Shown here piece after piece: positions 1-9,062 of a stretch of DNA of 26,910 nt; position 1 is the stretch's first letter, and each line of letters starts with the position of its first letter. The translations under genes and the position numbers were made by a program. The stretch is from a virus. Its lineage: Duplodnaviria; Caudoviricetes. The notes beneath the pieces were generated by a model, which worked only from the letters and a program-made list of their open reading frames with translations, searched no databases and was not told the DNA's origin. The stretch spans positions 1-26,910 of the IMG/VR virus record IMGVR_UViG_3300006893_000278. One strand, given 5' to 3'.

Positions 1-666
1 TCATCCCTCCTGATCGACGCCGACGACGAGGTGGCATTCGAGGACCTCGTCGCGCGGCACCCGCAGCTCTTCGGAAGGGTTGAGCTGGCGCAGCACCAGA
101 GCGTCGGCGTCCCAGCGCACGAACTGCTTGATCAGCACCGTCTGGCCCGTCTTGAAGACGACGACGTCGCGGCCGCGGGTCGGCGGTTTGAACGGGTTGA
201 CGTGGAGCAGCCAGCCCTGCTCGTAGCGCGGCTCCATGCTGTCGCCGACCATGTAGATCGCGTAGGCGCCGCGGACGCCGCCGAGATTGGCCGGGCGCGG
301 GGTGTAGCCAATCGGGCCGTCCTCGAGAAACATCTGCTGATCGCCGCCGCCGCGCGCGGCGCTGCGGATCGGGATCGGCTCGGCGCGCGGCGGCACAACC
401 GGAGTGATGAAGGCGCGCGGCGGCCTGCCGCGTCGTGCCGGCCCAACGCGCGGTGCGGCCTCAGCGGTGGCGCCGGCGTGGCGCAGCACCTCGTCTTGAG
501 AGACGCCGAGGAAAGCGGCGATTTGCACCGCCTCCAGGAGCTTCATTTGGCGCTCGCCCTTCACCATGCGTGAGACCGCCGATGGGGCCAGGCGCAAATG
601 GCGGGCGAGATCGGCCTGCGAGGCGCCGGCCCGCTCGATCGTCTGCTGAAACCAGATCGCATCCAT
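1..666 (-). CDS. XRE-family HTH / S24 peptidase phage-type repressor (CI/RogA-like)
   Basis: N-terminal HTH (SQADLARHLRLAPSAVSRMVKGER) and C-terminal S24 domain with GDSMEP serine motif and LIKQ lysine. Start taken at ATG 666 (MDAIWF); the extension to 738 is not protein-like. Confidence 0.9.
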   Translation of the reverse strand: MDAIWFQQTIERAGASQADLARHLRLAPSAVSRMVKGERQMKLLEAVQIAAFLGVSQDEVLRHAGATAEAAPRVGPARRGRPPRAFITPVVPPRAEPIPIRSAARGGGDQQMFLEDGPIGYTPRPANLGGVRGAYAIYMVGDSMEPRYEQGWLLHVNPFKPPTRGRDVVVFKTGQTVLIKQFVRWDADALVLRQLNPSEELRVPRDEVLECHLVVGVDQEG

Positions 667-685
667 AATTACCGCCGACGTAATT
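667..685. promoter_or_regulatory. Inverted repeat AATTAC-N7-GTAATT, candidate repressor operator
   Basis: Perfect 6-bp inverted repeat abutting the repressor start codon in the AT-rich divergent intergenic region. Confidence 0.4.
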
Positions 686-691
686 GTGATC

Positions 692-720
692 TTGACATTG
701 CGACAAGGATAATATATGAG
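692..720 (+). promoter_or_regulatory. Candidate sigma70 promoter for the rightward regulator
   Basis: TTGACA at 692-697, 17-bp spacer, TATGAG at 715-720 in an AT-rich patch. The -10 element is imperfect. Confidence 0.4.
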
Positions 721-750
721 AGCATGCGGCATTGACAAGGGGCGATGCGC

Positions 751-1707
751 ATGTCGGGCAAAATTTCACGTACGCGTGAGCGCGCGGGGGAGGAGCAGGA
801 GGGGGACGGCGGTTGTGCATTCGTTATCGACGACCCCGATCCAATCTCGAGCGGAGCGAATTTCTGCGACGCGCCGCGCGAGCCGGGCTCGACCTACTGC
901 CGACAACACCACGTTTTATGCCGTCTCCCCAGGCACAGCGCCGCCGAGCGGCGGCAGCTCCGCGAGATCGAAGCGCTGGCGCAAGCGGTCGGGGGCAGGC
1001 AGGGCCGTGCGGCGCGGCAGCCGCCACCTCAGCTGTTGCGTCAACTCGACCGCATTGCCCGTTCGTTTTCGCGGCCAAAACGTTCACGAAATGTTCTGGA
1101 GGATCCAATGGCGACGCAGCGAGCCCCTCGGGCGGCGACCGCCAGCCCGGGAGATTCCGGGCCGACGCCGGAGCGCCGCCAGCATGGTGGGATCGAGCGC
1201 CTGGAACGCGCGATTGGCGATGCGGCCGGTCATCCCTCGCGCCCTTATCGCGCGATCGACACGCTCGCGATCATGCAGAGGCGCGGCTCGATTACCGCGG
1301 GTATGCGACAGGCCGGTGAGGATTTTCGCGCCCGCTTCGCCTCCGCGCAGCTCGACCCATTGCGGGCGCTCGACCTGTCGCATTTGCCCGTCGGTGTGCG
1401 CAGCTTGCGCCCCGAGGGGAACAGTCCGGCGCTGCGCATCGAGGCGGCGCGCACGGCGGTGTGGCGCGCGGTCCAGGCGGTCGGGGGGATTGCTTCGCCC
1501 GCGGGGTCGTGCCTGTGGCATGTCCTCGGTTGGGAACGCTCGCTCAAGGAATGGGCCCTGGAACGGGGCTGGAGCGGGCGGCGGGTCAGCCAAGAGGCCG
1601 CCTCGGGCATCCTGATTGCTGCGCTCGGCGCCCTCGAAGCGCATTTCGGTATCACGCATAGATTGCCTCAATCGCATTTTTATGTTGACAAATCCGGATC
1701 GATGTGA
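751..1707 (+). CDS. GcrA-like Cys/His domain in frame with DUF6456 (GafZ/GafA C-terminal-like) late regulator; strong internal start at 1108
   Basis: N-part CAFVIDDP..FCDAPREPGSTYCRQH resembles the GcrA C-terminal motif. C-part (DTLAIMQRRGSIT..AGEDFR..CLWHVLGWERSLKEWA..GILIAALGALEAHFG) resembles DUF6456. AAGGGG precedes ATG 751; GGAGG precedes in-frame ATG 1108. Confidence 0.75.
   Translation: MSGKISRTRERAGEEQEGDGGCAFVIDDPDPISSGANFCDAPREPGSTYCRQHHVLCRLPRHSAAERRQLREIEALAQAVGGRQGRAARQPPPQLLRQLDRIARSFSRPKRSRNVLEDPMATQRAPRAATASPGDSGPTPERRQHGGIERLERAIGDAAGHPSRPYRAIDTLAIMQRRGSITAGMRQAGEDFRARFASAQLDPLRALDLSHLPVGVRSLRPEGNSPALRIEAARTAVWRAVQAVGGIASPAGSCLWHVLGWERSLKEWALERGWSGRRVSQEAASGILIAALGALEAHFGITHRLPQSHFYVDKSGSM
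1082..1096 (+). promoter_or_regulatory. Alphaproteobacterial LexA (SOS) box GTTC-N7-GTTC
   Basis: GTTCacgaaatGTTC immediately before the GGAGG RBS and ATG 1108. Confidence 0.7.
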
Positions 1708-1713
1708 TATAAG
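1685..1713 (+). promoter_or_regulatory. Late-operon sigma70 promoter
   Basis: TTGACA (1685-1690), 17 bp, TATAAG (1708-1713), with extended -10 TG at 1705-1706, directly upstream of the terminase small subunit. Confidence 0.8.
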
Positions 1714-1744
1714 ACGCGCACACTGCAAAAATAGGGTTGAGCGA

Positions 1745-2197
1745 ATGGCGAGAGGGTCTCGGCGTCGGTCCGCCGATGCGACCGCCCGCGAGGACGTCGA
1801 GGCGCGCGCCGCGCGTCTCGGCATTACGCCGGAGCGGGTGCTCCAGGAATACGCCCGTATCGCCTTTTCCGATATGCGCCGCATCGTCGACTGGGACGAC
1901 GGCGGCAAGATGCTGGCCAGGCCGTCAACCGGACTGTCGGAAGACGATGCGCCGGCGATCGCGGAGATCGTCGCCTCGGCCGGCAAAGGCATCGTGTACC
2001 GTATCAAGCTGCACGACAAGAGGCCGGTGCTCGACGCGCTCGCCCGCCACCTCGGCCTGCTGCCGCTCAAGACCGGATCGCATGACGAAGAACAGCTGGA
2101 CGAGAACGAGGACCCGCGCGAATTTCTCATTCGCGAGGTGGATCGCCTCGTTGCCGAAGAGGCTGAGGGACTCGGCGATCCGGGAGTTGAGCAATGA
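1745..2197 (+). CDS. terS: Terminase small subunit
   Basis: GITPERVLQEYARIAFSD..IKLHDKRPVLDALARHLG motifs; position immediately before the large terminase. Confidence 0.8.
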   Translation: MARGSRRRSADATAREDVEARAARLGITPERVLQEYARIAFSDMRRIVDWDDGGKMLARPSTGLSEDDAPAIAEIVASAGKGIVYRIKLHDKRPVLDALARHLGLLPLKTGSHDEEQLDENEDPREFLIREVDRLVAEEAEGLGDPGVEQ

Positions 2198-3457
2198 GGA
2201 CGCTCGCGACCTAGAACACGAATTATCCTGGCGGCCGCGGCCCGCGCAGACACCGCCGCCCGGGAACTGGCGGGTCTGGCTGTTGCTTGCCGGGCGGGGC
2301 TTCGGCAAGACCCGCGCCGGCGCCGAATTCGTTCGGGCACAGGTCGAGTCCGGTTTGGCCCGGCACGTCGCACTGGTGGCGCCAACCGCGCTCGACGCCC
2401 GCAACGTCATGGTCGAAGGCGAAAGCGGCCTTTTGAATATCGGGCTGGCGAGCCAACGGCCGATTTACGAACCATCGAAGCACCGCCTGACCTGGCCCAA
2501 CGGCGCGATTGCGACGATCTACTCGGCCGACGAGCCGGACCGCTTGCGCGGTCCGCAGCATGATTTCGCCTGGTGCGACGAGCTTGGGGCGTGGCGCTAT
2601 CCGGCGGCCTGGGACATGTTGTGTTCGGGCTGCGCCTCGGCGTCGACCCGCGGGCGATCGTGACCACGACGCCGCGACCGATAAAGCTGATTCGCGCGCT
2701 GCTCGCTGACCCGAAGGTCGCGGTGACCCGCGGCTCGACCATGGAAAACCGCGCCAACCTGGCGCCCGCCTTTCTCGACCAGATCGTGCGACGCTATCAG
2801 GGGACCCGGCTCGGGCGGCAGGAGCTCGACGCCGAACTGCTCGACGACATGCCCGGCGGGTTGTGGCAACGCGGGATCATCGAAGCAACGCGGACGAGCG
2901 CCCTACCCGAACTGGTCCGGGTCGTCGTCGCGATCGACCCCGCAGTCTCGACGAGTGAGGATGCCGACGAAACCGGGATCATCGCCGCCGGGCGGGACGC
3001 GCACGGGCACGGCTATGTGCTGGCCGACGCGTCGGGCCGTTACGCGCCGGCGGAGTGGGCTCGCATCGCGATTTCGGCATACGCCGCGCACCAGGCCGAC
3101 CGTATCGTCGCCGAAATCAATAATGGCGGCGACATGGTCGAGGCGACGCTGCGGATGGTCGACCCGAACGTGCCGTTCAGCGCGGTCAGGGCGGCGCGCG
3201 GCAAGGTCGCGCGGGCCGAGCCGGTCGCCGCACTCTATGAGCAGGGCCGCATTCACCACCTCGGCGCCTTCCCGCAGCTTGAGGACCAGATGTGCTCCTT
3301 CACCAGCGATTTCGATCGAACAACATCCGGTTACTCGCCGGACCGGGTTGATGCGCTGGTCTGGGCCTTCACCGAGCTTTTGGTCGAGCCCCGCGCCGGG
3401 GATGGAATTTTCGAGACTTATCGGCAGCTTGCCGCAAAGGAGAATAAAGCTCCATGA
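2082..3457 (+). pseudogene. terL: Terminase large subunit, split by a one-base frameshift near 2621
   Basis: Walker A LAGRGFGKT and Walker B FAWCDE in one frame; coupling motif VTTTP and nuclease motifs VAIDP and PDRVDA in the -1 frame. WDML joins FGLRLG if one base is restored. Start uncertain (ATG 2082 or TTG 2151). Confidence 0.9.
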
Positions 3458-3897
3458 CGCTGCTCGTCAAAGACGCCAACACCGCCGTGCAGTCGCTGTC
3501 GACTGAGGTCGACGCTAACGGCAACCTCGTGCCGGTGCACGCGCCGGCCGCGACCAATGCGCAGGGCGTATCGACCGCGGTCGGTCCGCAAAACCCGCTG
3601 CCGGTGATCAATTCGGCCGGCGTGGTTGCAAGCGACGGCAGCGGTACGGTCGCCACCGGAGGCAGCGCGCAAACGCTGTTCGGCGGGATTGTGCCGGTGA
3701 ACGGGTTTGTGGTGCAGAACAATTCCTCGGCTGCGCTGTGGATCTCGGATGTCGGGGCCGCCTCGGCAGGCGGTGCCAGCATCCAGCTCGCGGCGAACGG
3801 CGGCGTTTTCGCGACCCCCTCCGGCTACAAGCCCGCCGGAGCGGTCAGCCTCTATGGCGCCACGACCGGCCAGGCCTTCGCGGCGCGCCGCTGGTGA
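3454..3897 (+). CDS. Hypothetical beta-rich virion-associated protein (possible head decoration or spike base)
   Basis: AAGGAG RBS, ATGA overlap with the terL stop, Gly/Ala/Ser/Thr-rich sequence. Function inferred from position only. Confidence 0.6.
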   Translation: MTLLVKDANTAVQSLSTEVDANGNLVPVHAPAATNAQGVSTAVGPQNPLPVINSAGVVASDGSGTVATGGSAQTLFGGIVPVNGFVVQNNSSAALWISDVGAASAGGASIQLAANGGVFATPSGYKPAGAVSLYGATTGQAFAARRW

Positions 3898-6500
3898 CCC
3901 CGATGCTGCCGACAACCTGGATCGATCGAGCGCTTACGGCGGCGGCGCTGATCGCGGGCGTTCTGGTCGCCTGCAGCGCGCTGGCGCAGTCGCCGGGCAA
4001 CTTCTCGACCCTGTCGACGACCGGTACAGCAACGTTGAACGGCGATGTACTCGGCTGCTCGGGGCACCCCTGGATCGACGTGAAGTGCCCAAGCATGGCC
4101 GGGGGCGCCGTCGGCGACGGTAACCATGACGACACCAGCGCGATCAACACCACGATCAGCACCGCCGTCACCAACAACTGGCCTGTGCACATTCCGGCCG
4201 GAACGTACAAGGTTACCTCGCCCCTGACGATCGATTACGCCGGCCAAGCCTCGCATGGCTTTCGGCTGATCTCCGAGGGCGCGACGATTGACGGCCGCAC
4301 GATCGGCGCGGGGCCGGTGCTGCAGGTGCTGTGCTCGGGCGGCACGACAGGAAGCCCGACCGGATGCTTTTATTTCCGCGAGGAGGGCACGCTCTCGATC
4401 CTCGGCAATGCCGCTTCCTACCCTTTCGTCATGGGCAAGAGCGACTTCTCGGACGCGCACAATTCGGCCAAGATCGATCACCTGAGCGTCAACAACGCAT
4501 CGACCGCGGCCGGCGCCGGCGGGTGCCAGTTCAACTATGTCCTCGACAGCGATCTCTGGGCGGTCTGCGTCTCGGGCGGCGGCGCGGCCGGCATCGCCCT
4601 CGAGCAGACGCAGTTTTCGCGGATCAGCGGCGCCGGCACGGCACAAGGCACCGGCGGCCGCGGCCTTGTCCTTGAAAATGGCTACAATTTCTCGAACATC
4701 TTTTTTGGGCTCGATCTCGAAGTCTCGCCGACCTGTCTGTCGATTACCTTCAACCACGACGGGCAGAACACCTTCATCTCACCCTATTTCAACTGCGTCA
4801 CGGCGGTCAGCGCGACGGCCTCGACGCGTAATGTGCTGATCAACCCGAATTTCGGCGGCAACGTCGTAAACCGCGGTCCGCAATCGACCGGGATCCAGAT
4901 CGTCGGGACCGGCAACCGCGTTCCCTGGCAGTTTCCCGTGGCCGCGAGCTATACGGCCTCCGGCATCGACGACAAGACGGTCATTTCCTCCTACAACGCG
5001 CCCGGCGCCTCGCTCGCTGTCACCCTGCCCTCGCCGAGCGGCCTTGAGGTCGGCTGGTCGATGGGCTTTGTCACCGACAACGGCAAAGGCCTGACGCTCA
5101 CCACCACCGGCGGCGCGTTGATCCTGGCTGGCGGCAAGACGTTTTCGAGTTTGACGCTCGGCGCTGGCAATTACGAGTACGTCCAGCTGCAATTCGACGG
5201 CAGCAATTTTCGCGCGCTCGACTTGACCCGCAACACCCAGACGGCGAATGGCGTCTCGATCAACCGCGATTTTCCCGGCAACTGGCTGTTCCCGTCGAGC
5301 TCGGGCTACGCTGCGACCCTCGCAGACAACGGCAACGTGCTGTCCTCCTTCAACACCAGCACCGGGCTGACGGTGACGTTACCGTCGACGACGGTGCTGC
5401 CGTCGGGCTGGGCGATGAGTTTCACCGCGGATAACGGCAAGCAACTGACCGTTCAGGTCAATGGCACCAGCGGTGGCCATCTGCTCTACCCGAACAGCGG
5501 CGCGGGCGTGACCTCGCTGAGCCTGGCGGCAAACAACTACGAGTTCTTAACACTGCAATATGACGGGTCGGGCAATTTCCGGGTCGAGCAGTTAAGCCCG
5601 GCAACGGCAACCCAGCTCGGCGTTGCCGGCATCGGCGGCATCAGCCGGTGGAGCTTCCCATCAGGAAGCGCTGCTTATGCCGCAACCGTTGCCGACGGCG
5701 GCAACGCCATCTCTGCCTACAACTCGCCGCTCGGCTATCTGACGGTGACGCTGCCGCCGACGACCGCGATCAACACCGGGTGGATGATCGCGATCGCCAA
5801 CGACAACGGCAAGCTCGCTGCCGTCCAGGTCAACGCGACCAGTGGTGGCCATATCCTCTACCCCGGCGGCAGCCCCAATGCGACATCGCTGTCTCTCGCT
5901 GCCGGGAATTACGAATTTGCGGTCCTGCAATTCGACGGGTCGAATTTTCGCGTCGCGCAGGTGACGCCGGCGAGCGCGCAGACCCTCGCCATGCCCGGCA
6001 GCGCCGGCGCGACGACGCGATGGTCATTCCCATCGGTCAACACCTACACGGCGACCGCGGCGGATGGCGGGAACGCGCTGTCGAGCTTCAATGCGCCGGG
6101 CGCCGGTCTTGCGGTGACTCTGCCGGTAATCGGCACGCTCGCGCCCGGTTGGACGATCGCCGTCGCCACCGACAACGGTAAGACGGCAAGCGTCGCGGTC
6201 AATGGCGGCGCCGACGAAAAGATCCTGGCGCCCGGCACGCTCGGGGCGAAAACCTCGCTGGCGCTCTCGCCCAATACTGCCGGGTACGAGCTCGTCATCC
6301 TGCAATTTGACGGCAGCAACTTCCGCATCATCTACGCGACGCCGCTGACCGCTAATGCCGACGGCATGACGATGCTGATCGGCACGCCGGCATCCAGTTC
6401 GGCCGCCTGCCAGACCGGGGCGCTGCAATTCGACTCGAATTACCTCTACGCCTGCACCGCGCCCAATACCTGGAAGCGATCAGCCTGGAGCAGCTTCTGA
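3894..6500 (+). CDS. Large fibre/spike-like protein: signal peptide, pectate-lyase-like beta-helix, four ~120-aa repeats, phage-fibre-type C-terminal motif
   Basis: GTGA overlap with the upstream stop (alternative ATG 3903); hydrophobic leader ending ALA|Q; GAVGDGNHDDTSAIN..VHIPAGTYKVT beta-helix cap; C-terminal PASSSAACQTG..DSNYLYACTAPNTWKR. Confidence 0.8.
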   Translation: MTPMLPTTWIDRALTAAALIAGVLVACSALAQSPGNFSTLSTTGTATLNGDVLGCSGHPWIDVKCPSMAGGAVGDGNHDDTSAINTTISTAVTNNWPVHIPAGTYKVTSPLTIDYAGQASHGFRLISEGATIDGRTIGAGPVLQVLCSGGTTGSPTGCFYFREEGTLSILGNAASYPFVMGKSDFSDAHNSAKIDHLSVNNASTAAGAGGCQFNYVLDSDLWAVCVSGGGAAGIALEQTQFSRISGAGTAQGTGGRGLVLENGYNFSNIFFGLDLEVSPTCLSITFNHDGQNTFISPYFNCVTAVSATASTRNVLINPNFGGNVVNRGPQSTGIQIVGTGNRVPWQFPVAASYTASGIDDKTVISSYNAPGASLAVTLPSPSGLEVGWSMGFVTDNGKGLTLTTTGGALILAGGKTFSSLTLGAGNYEYVQLQFDGSNFRALDLTRNTQTANGVSINRDFPGNWLFPSSSGYAATLADNGNVLSSFNTSTGLTVTLPSTTVLPSGWAMSFTADNGKQLTVQVNGTSGGHLLYPNSGAGVTSLSLAANNYEFLTLQYDGSGNFRVEQLSPATATQLGVAGIGGISRWSFPSGSAAYAATVADGGNAISAYNSPLGYLTVTLPPTTAINTGWMIAIANDNGKLAAVQVNATSGGHILYPGGSPNATSLSLAAGNYEFAVLQFDGSNFRVAQVTPASAQTLAMPGSAGATTRWSFPSVNTYTATAADGGNALSSFNAPGAGLAVTLPVIGTLAPGWTIAVATDNGKTASVAVNGGADEKILAPGTLGAKTSLALSPNTAGYELVILQFDGSNFRIIYATPLTANADGMTMLIGTPASSSAACQTGALQFDSNYLYACTAPNTWKRSAWSSF
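4926..6350 (+). repeat. Four tandem protein-level repeats (W.FP..Y.A...D....S.YN....VTLP....GW.....DNGK......YE...LQFDGSNFR)
   Basis: Trp codons opening each unit lie at 4926, 5283, 5649 and 6021 (spacing 119, 122 and 124 codons). Confidence 0.9.
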
Positions 6501-7261
6501 TGCCTCCCCAAAGCGGTACACGCAAGCCATTGACTGCCTCCTACACCTGGGGCCAGCAGGGGTTGGAGGCGCAGTTCGTCACCGTGTTTCAGCCCGGCCA
6601 AGGGATCTTCTCGCCCGGCTATCCGCTGGCGCCGCCCGAGCCCGAGCGGGTGCGTCTGTGGGATTTTCCGGTCGGCGTCAACACGATCTACACGCCGCGC
6701 TCCTACGAGCCGATCTCGTTCGACGAGTTGCGTGCTCTGGCGGACGCGCATGACATCACCCGCCTGGCGATCGAGACCCGCAAGGACCAGATCGAGAAGC
6801 TCGACTGGACGATCAAGCCGCGCACGACAAGGCTGCCGACCACGGACGCGGCGACACGCAGCGCGAAACTCGCCGATTTCTGGCGCCAACCGGACGGCGC
6901 GCGGCCGTTCGCGACGTGGTTGCGCGAGCTTCTCGAAGATGTATTGGTGCTCGATGCTCCGGCACTTGAGCCGCGCCGCAACCGCAGCGGCGAGATCATC
7001 GGTCTCGATGTCGTCGACGGTGCCACGATCAAAGTGCTGTTCGACGAGACCGGGCGCCGCCCCAAGCCACCCGCACCGGCTTTCGAGCAGGTGATCCACG
7101 GCCGGCCGTGGAAGCTCTTGACAAGCGACGAGCTACTCTACCTGCCGCGCAACCCGCGCCCGCACAAGGCCTACGGCTTTGGCCCGGTCGAGCAGATCAT
7201 CATGACCGTCAACATCGCTCTGCGGCGGCAGGCGATGCAGCTGCAGCACTTCACCGAGGGC
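6500..7261 (+). pseudogene. Portal protein (HK97-like), 3'-truncated
   Basis: ISFDELRALAD..RLAIETRKDQ, LLEDVLVLDA and NPRPHKAYGFGPVEQI motifs. Portal-like sequence stops at QHFTEG (aa 254), short of a full portal, and runs into unrelated sequence. Confidence 0.8.
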
Positions 7262-7593
7262 AGCGGTGTGCCGACCACCGGCGATGTCGCGGTCGGCTTT
7301 GCCTACAACGATGGCGCCGGGCACTCGACCAACATAACGACGGTGCCCTCGACCGGCGAGACCAACGCGCAGATCGCCGCGGCGCTGTCGACCGCATTCA
7401 AGGCCAACGCGACGATCGCGACGATCTTTTCCAGGAAATGCCCCGACGGCATCGCCGTCTCGAAGATCGTCACCAATGCCTTCGCCGGCGGCTCGACCTT
7501 CTACTTCAACCAGTTCTGGCCCGAGCAGACGACCGCAACGACGACCCCGATCAACTCTGCGCACACGACGATCACGGTGAGCCAGGGCGGCGC
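7262..7593 (+). pseudogene. Orphan internal fragment of a Thr/Ala/Gly-rich structural gene fused in frame to the portal
   Basis: Coding-like sequence (TGETNAQIAAALSTAFKAN..) with no start or stop of its own, bounded by abrupt switches from portal and to protease. Confidence 0.55.
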
Positions 7594-8985
7594 TATGCTT
7601 CAACCGAGGCCGAAGACGATCAGGGCGAGACCGTCACTCGGGAGGCGCTGGCTGAGGCGCTCGACGACTACATGCGCTTTGCCAATATCCGCGAGATGCA
7701 TCAGTCCTCGGCAGTTGGCGTCGCCAAGGAAGCCGCGGTCGACGACAAGGGTCTCTATCTCGGCGCCAAGATTGTCGATGGCGATGCCTGGCAGAAGGTC
7801 ATCGAAGGTGTCTACAAGGGGTTCTCGATCGGCGGCCGGGTGACCGCCCGGGATCCCACCGATCGGCGGCTGATCACCGCTCTTCGCCTGACCGAAATCT
7901 CGGTGGTCGACCGCCCGGCCAACCCCGAGGCGGTATTCGATTGCTGGAAACTGTCCAGCGGCCTGGCAAGAGGAGGCAGCATGGCCACTATTGCGGCGAC
8001 GACCGGCGCACCCGTGCAGATCTGGGATTGCGGGGTTGCCGGTCACCGCCATCTTGCGAAGGCGGAGGCGGTGCGCTGCCTCGAACAGCATGAGCACGCC
8101 ACCGCCGCGGCGACTGGCGAGGATAATGAGAACGCGGCCGAGAGCGGCGGTGACGACCCCCATGGCAAGGTTGACTATGCTGATCCCGGCTATCGCCCGG
8201 ACGCTAGGCAGCGCTATCCGATCGACACCGAGCGCCATATCCGCGCCGCCTGGGCCTTTATCCACTTGCCCGACAACGCGCGCCGCTACACGGCGGGCCA
8301 GCTCGAGCGCATCAAGGCGCGGATCATCGCCGCCTGGCGGGCGAAGATCGACCGCGACGGGCCGCCGGCGGTCGCATCCGAGCAGGGCCGCACGGCGGCG
8401 ACGGCACGCAAGAGCCTTGCCGAGGTCGGGCGGCTGGCGCAGCTCATCATCGAGCTCGACTGGCTCCACGACTGCATCGCGATCGAGGCGGCGATGGAGG
8501 CGGACGGCTCGCCTTTGGCGCATCAGCTGCAAGGGATCATTGCCGAATTGTGCGATTTCATCCAATCGCTGGCCGCCGAGGAAACCGCCGAGCTGGTCGA
8601 TGGCAGCGGCGGAGCGGCTCAGGCCGACCTGGCCGCGTCGGCCATCGCCGACAATCTGCGCAAAGCGCGCCAGCCGAATTTTGCGCCCCTCGCCAGTGGT
8701 TTTGCCAAGCTCGCCGGCGAGATCGTACCGCGCCTCGATGCACTGCAGAAGCGGATCGAAGAGATCGCCTCGACCCCACTGCCGCCGCAGACTATCGCCC
8801 GCGGCTTCGCCGGAATCTCGAAGCGCGAAGACGCTGGCGGCACGATCCCGCCCGCTGAAGACGTCATCGCCGCGCTCGCGCGAATGAGCGATGAGGAGCG
8901 CACCCTGACCTTGATCAAGGCGGCGCACGCCAATCCAATCCGACCGGTTGGCCGGCCCATCGGGTCGCAAAGCCGAAGCAGTTAG
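7594..8985 (+). pseudogene. Prohead protease-scaffold (HK97-type protease plus DUF6582-like region), missing its 5' end
   Basis: YASTEAEDDQGE, IREMH, YKGFSIGG and EISVVDRPANPEA motifs, then YADPGY..RYPIDTERHIRAAW. No start codon directly precedes the first motif; the first in-frame ATG within it is at 7672. Confidence 0.8.
7981..8985 (+). CDS. Possible nested scaffolding protein from an internal start
   Basis: AGGAGG at 7971-7976 followed by in-frame ATG 7981, right after the protease domain ends. Confidence 0.55.
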   Translation: MATIAATTGAPVQIWDCGVAGHRHLAKAEAVRCLEQHEHATAAATGEDNENAAESGGDDPHGKVDYADPGYRPDARQRYPIDTERHIRAAWAFIHLPDNARRYTAGQLERIKARIIAAWRAKIDRDGPPAVASEQGRTAATARKSLAEVGRLAQLIIELDWLHDCIAIEAAMEADGSPLAHQLQGIIAELCDFIQSLAAEETAELVDGSGGAAQADLAASAIADNLRKARQPNFAPLASGFAKLAGEIVPRLDALQKRIEEIASTPLPPQTIARGFAGISKREDAGGTIPPAEDVIAALARMSDEERTLTLIKAAHANPIRPVGRPIGSQSRSS

Positions 8986-9062
8986 TCGTTGCTATTGGCA
9001 AGATCGCGGTTTGTCGCCAATTTGGATAATTGGCCACTCCGACCCGCACCGAGAATACGCGC

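Noticed and set aside
667-738. N-terminal extension of the repressor (MSMPHALIYYPCRN...)
   Set aside because: It overlaps the AT-rich promoter region, and the HTH begins right after Met at 666.
6500-8985. ORF-track 447-aa and 625-aa proteins taken as intact genes
   Set aside because: The 447-aa ORF is portal plus foreign fragment plus out-of-frame protease; the first 162 codons of the 625-aa ORF are out-of-frame portal and fragment sequence.
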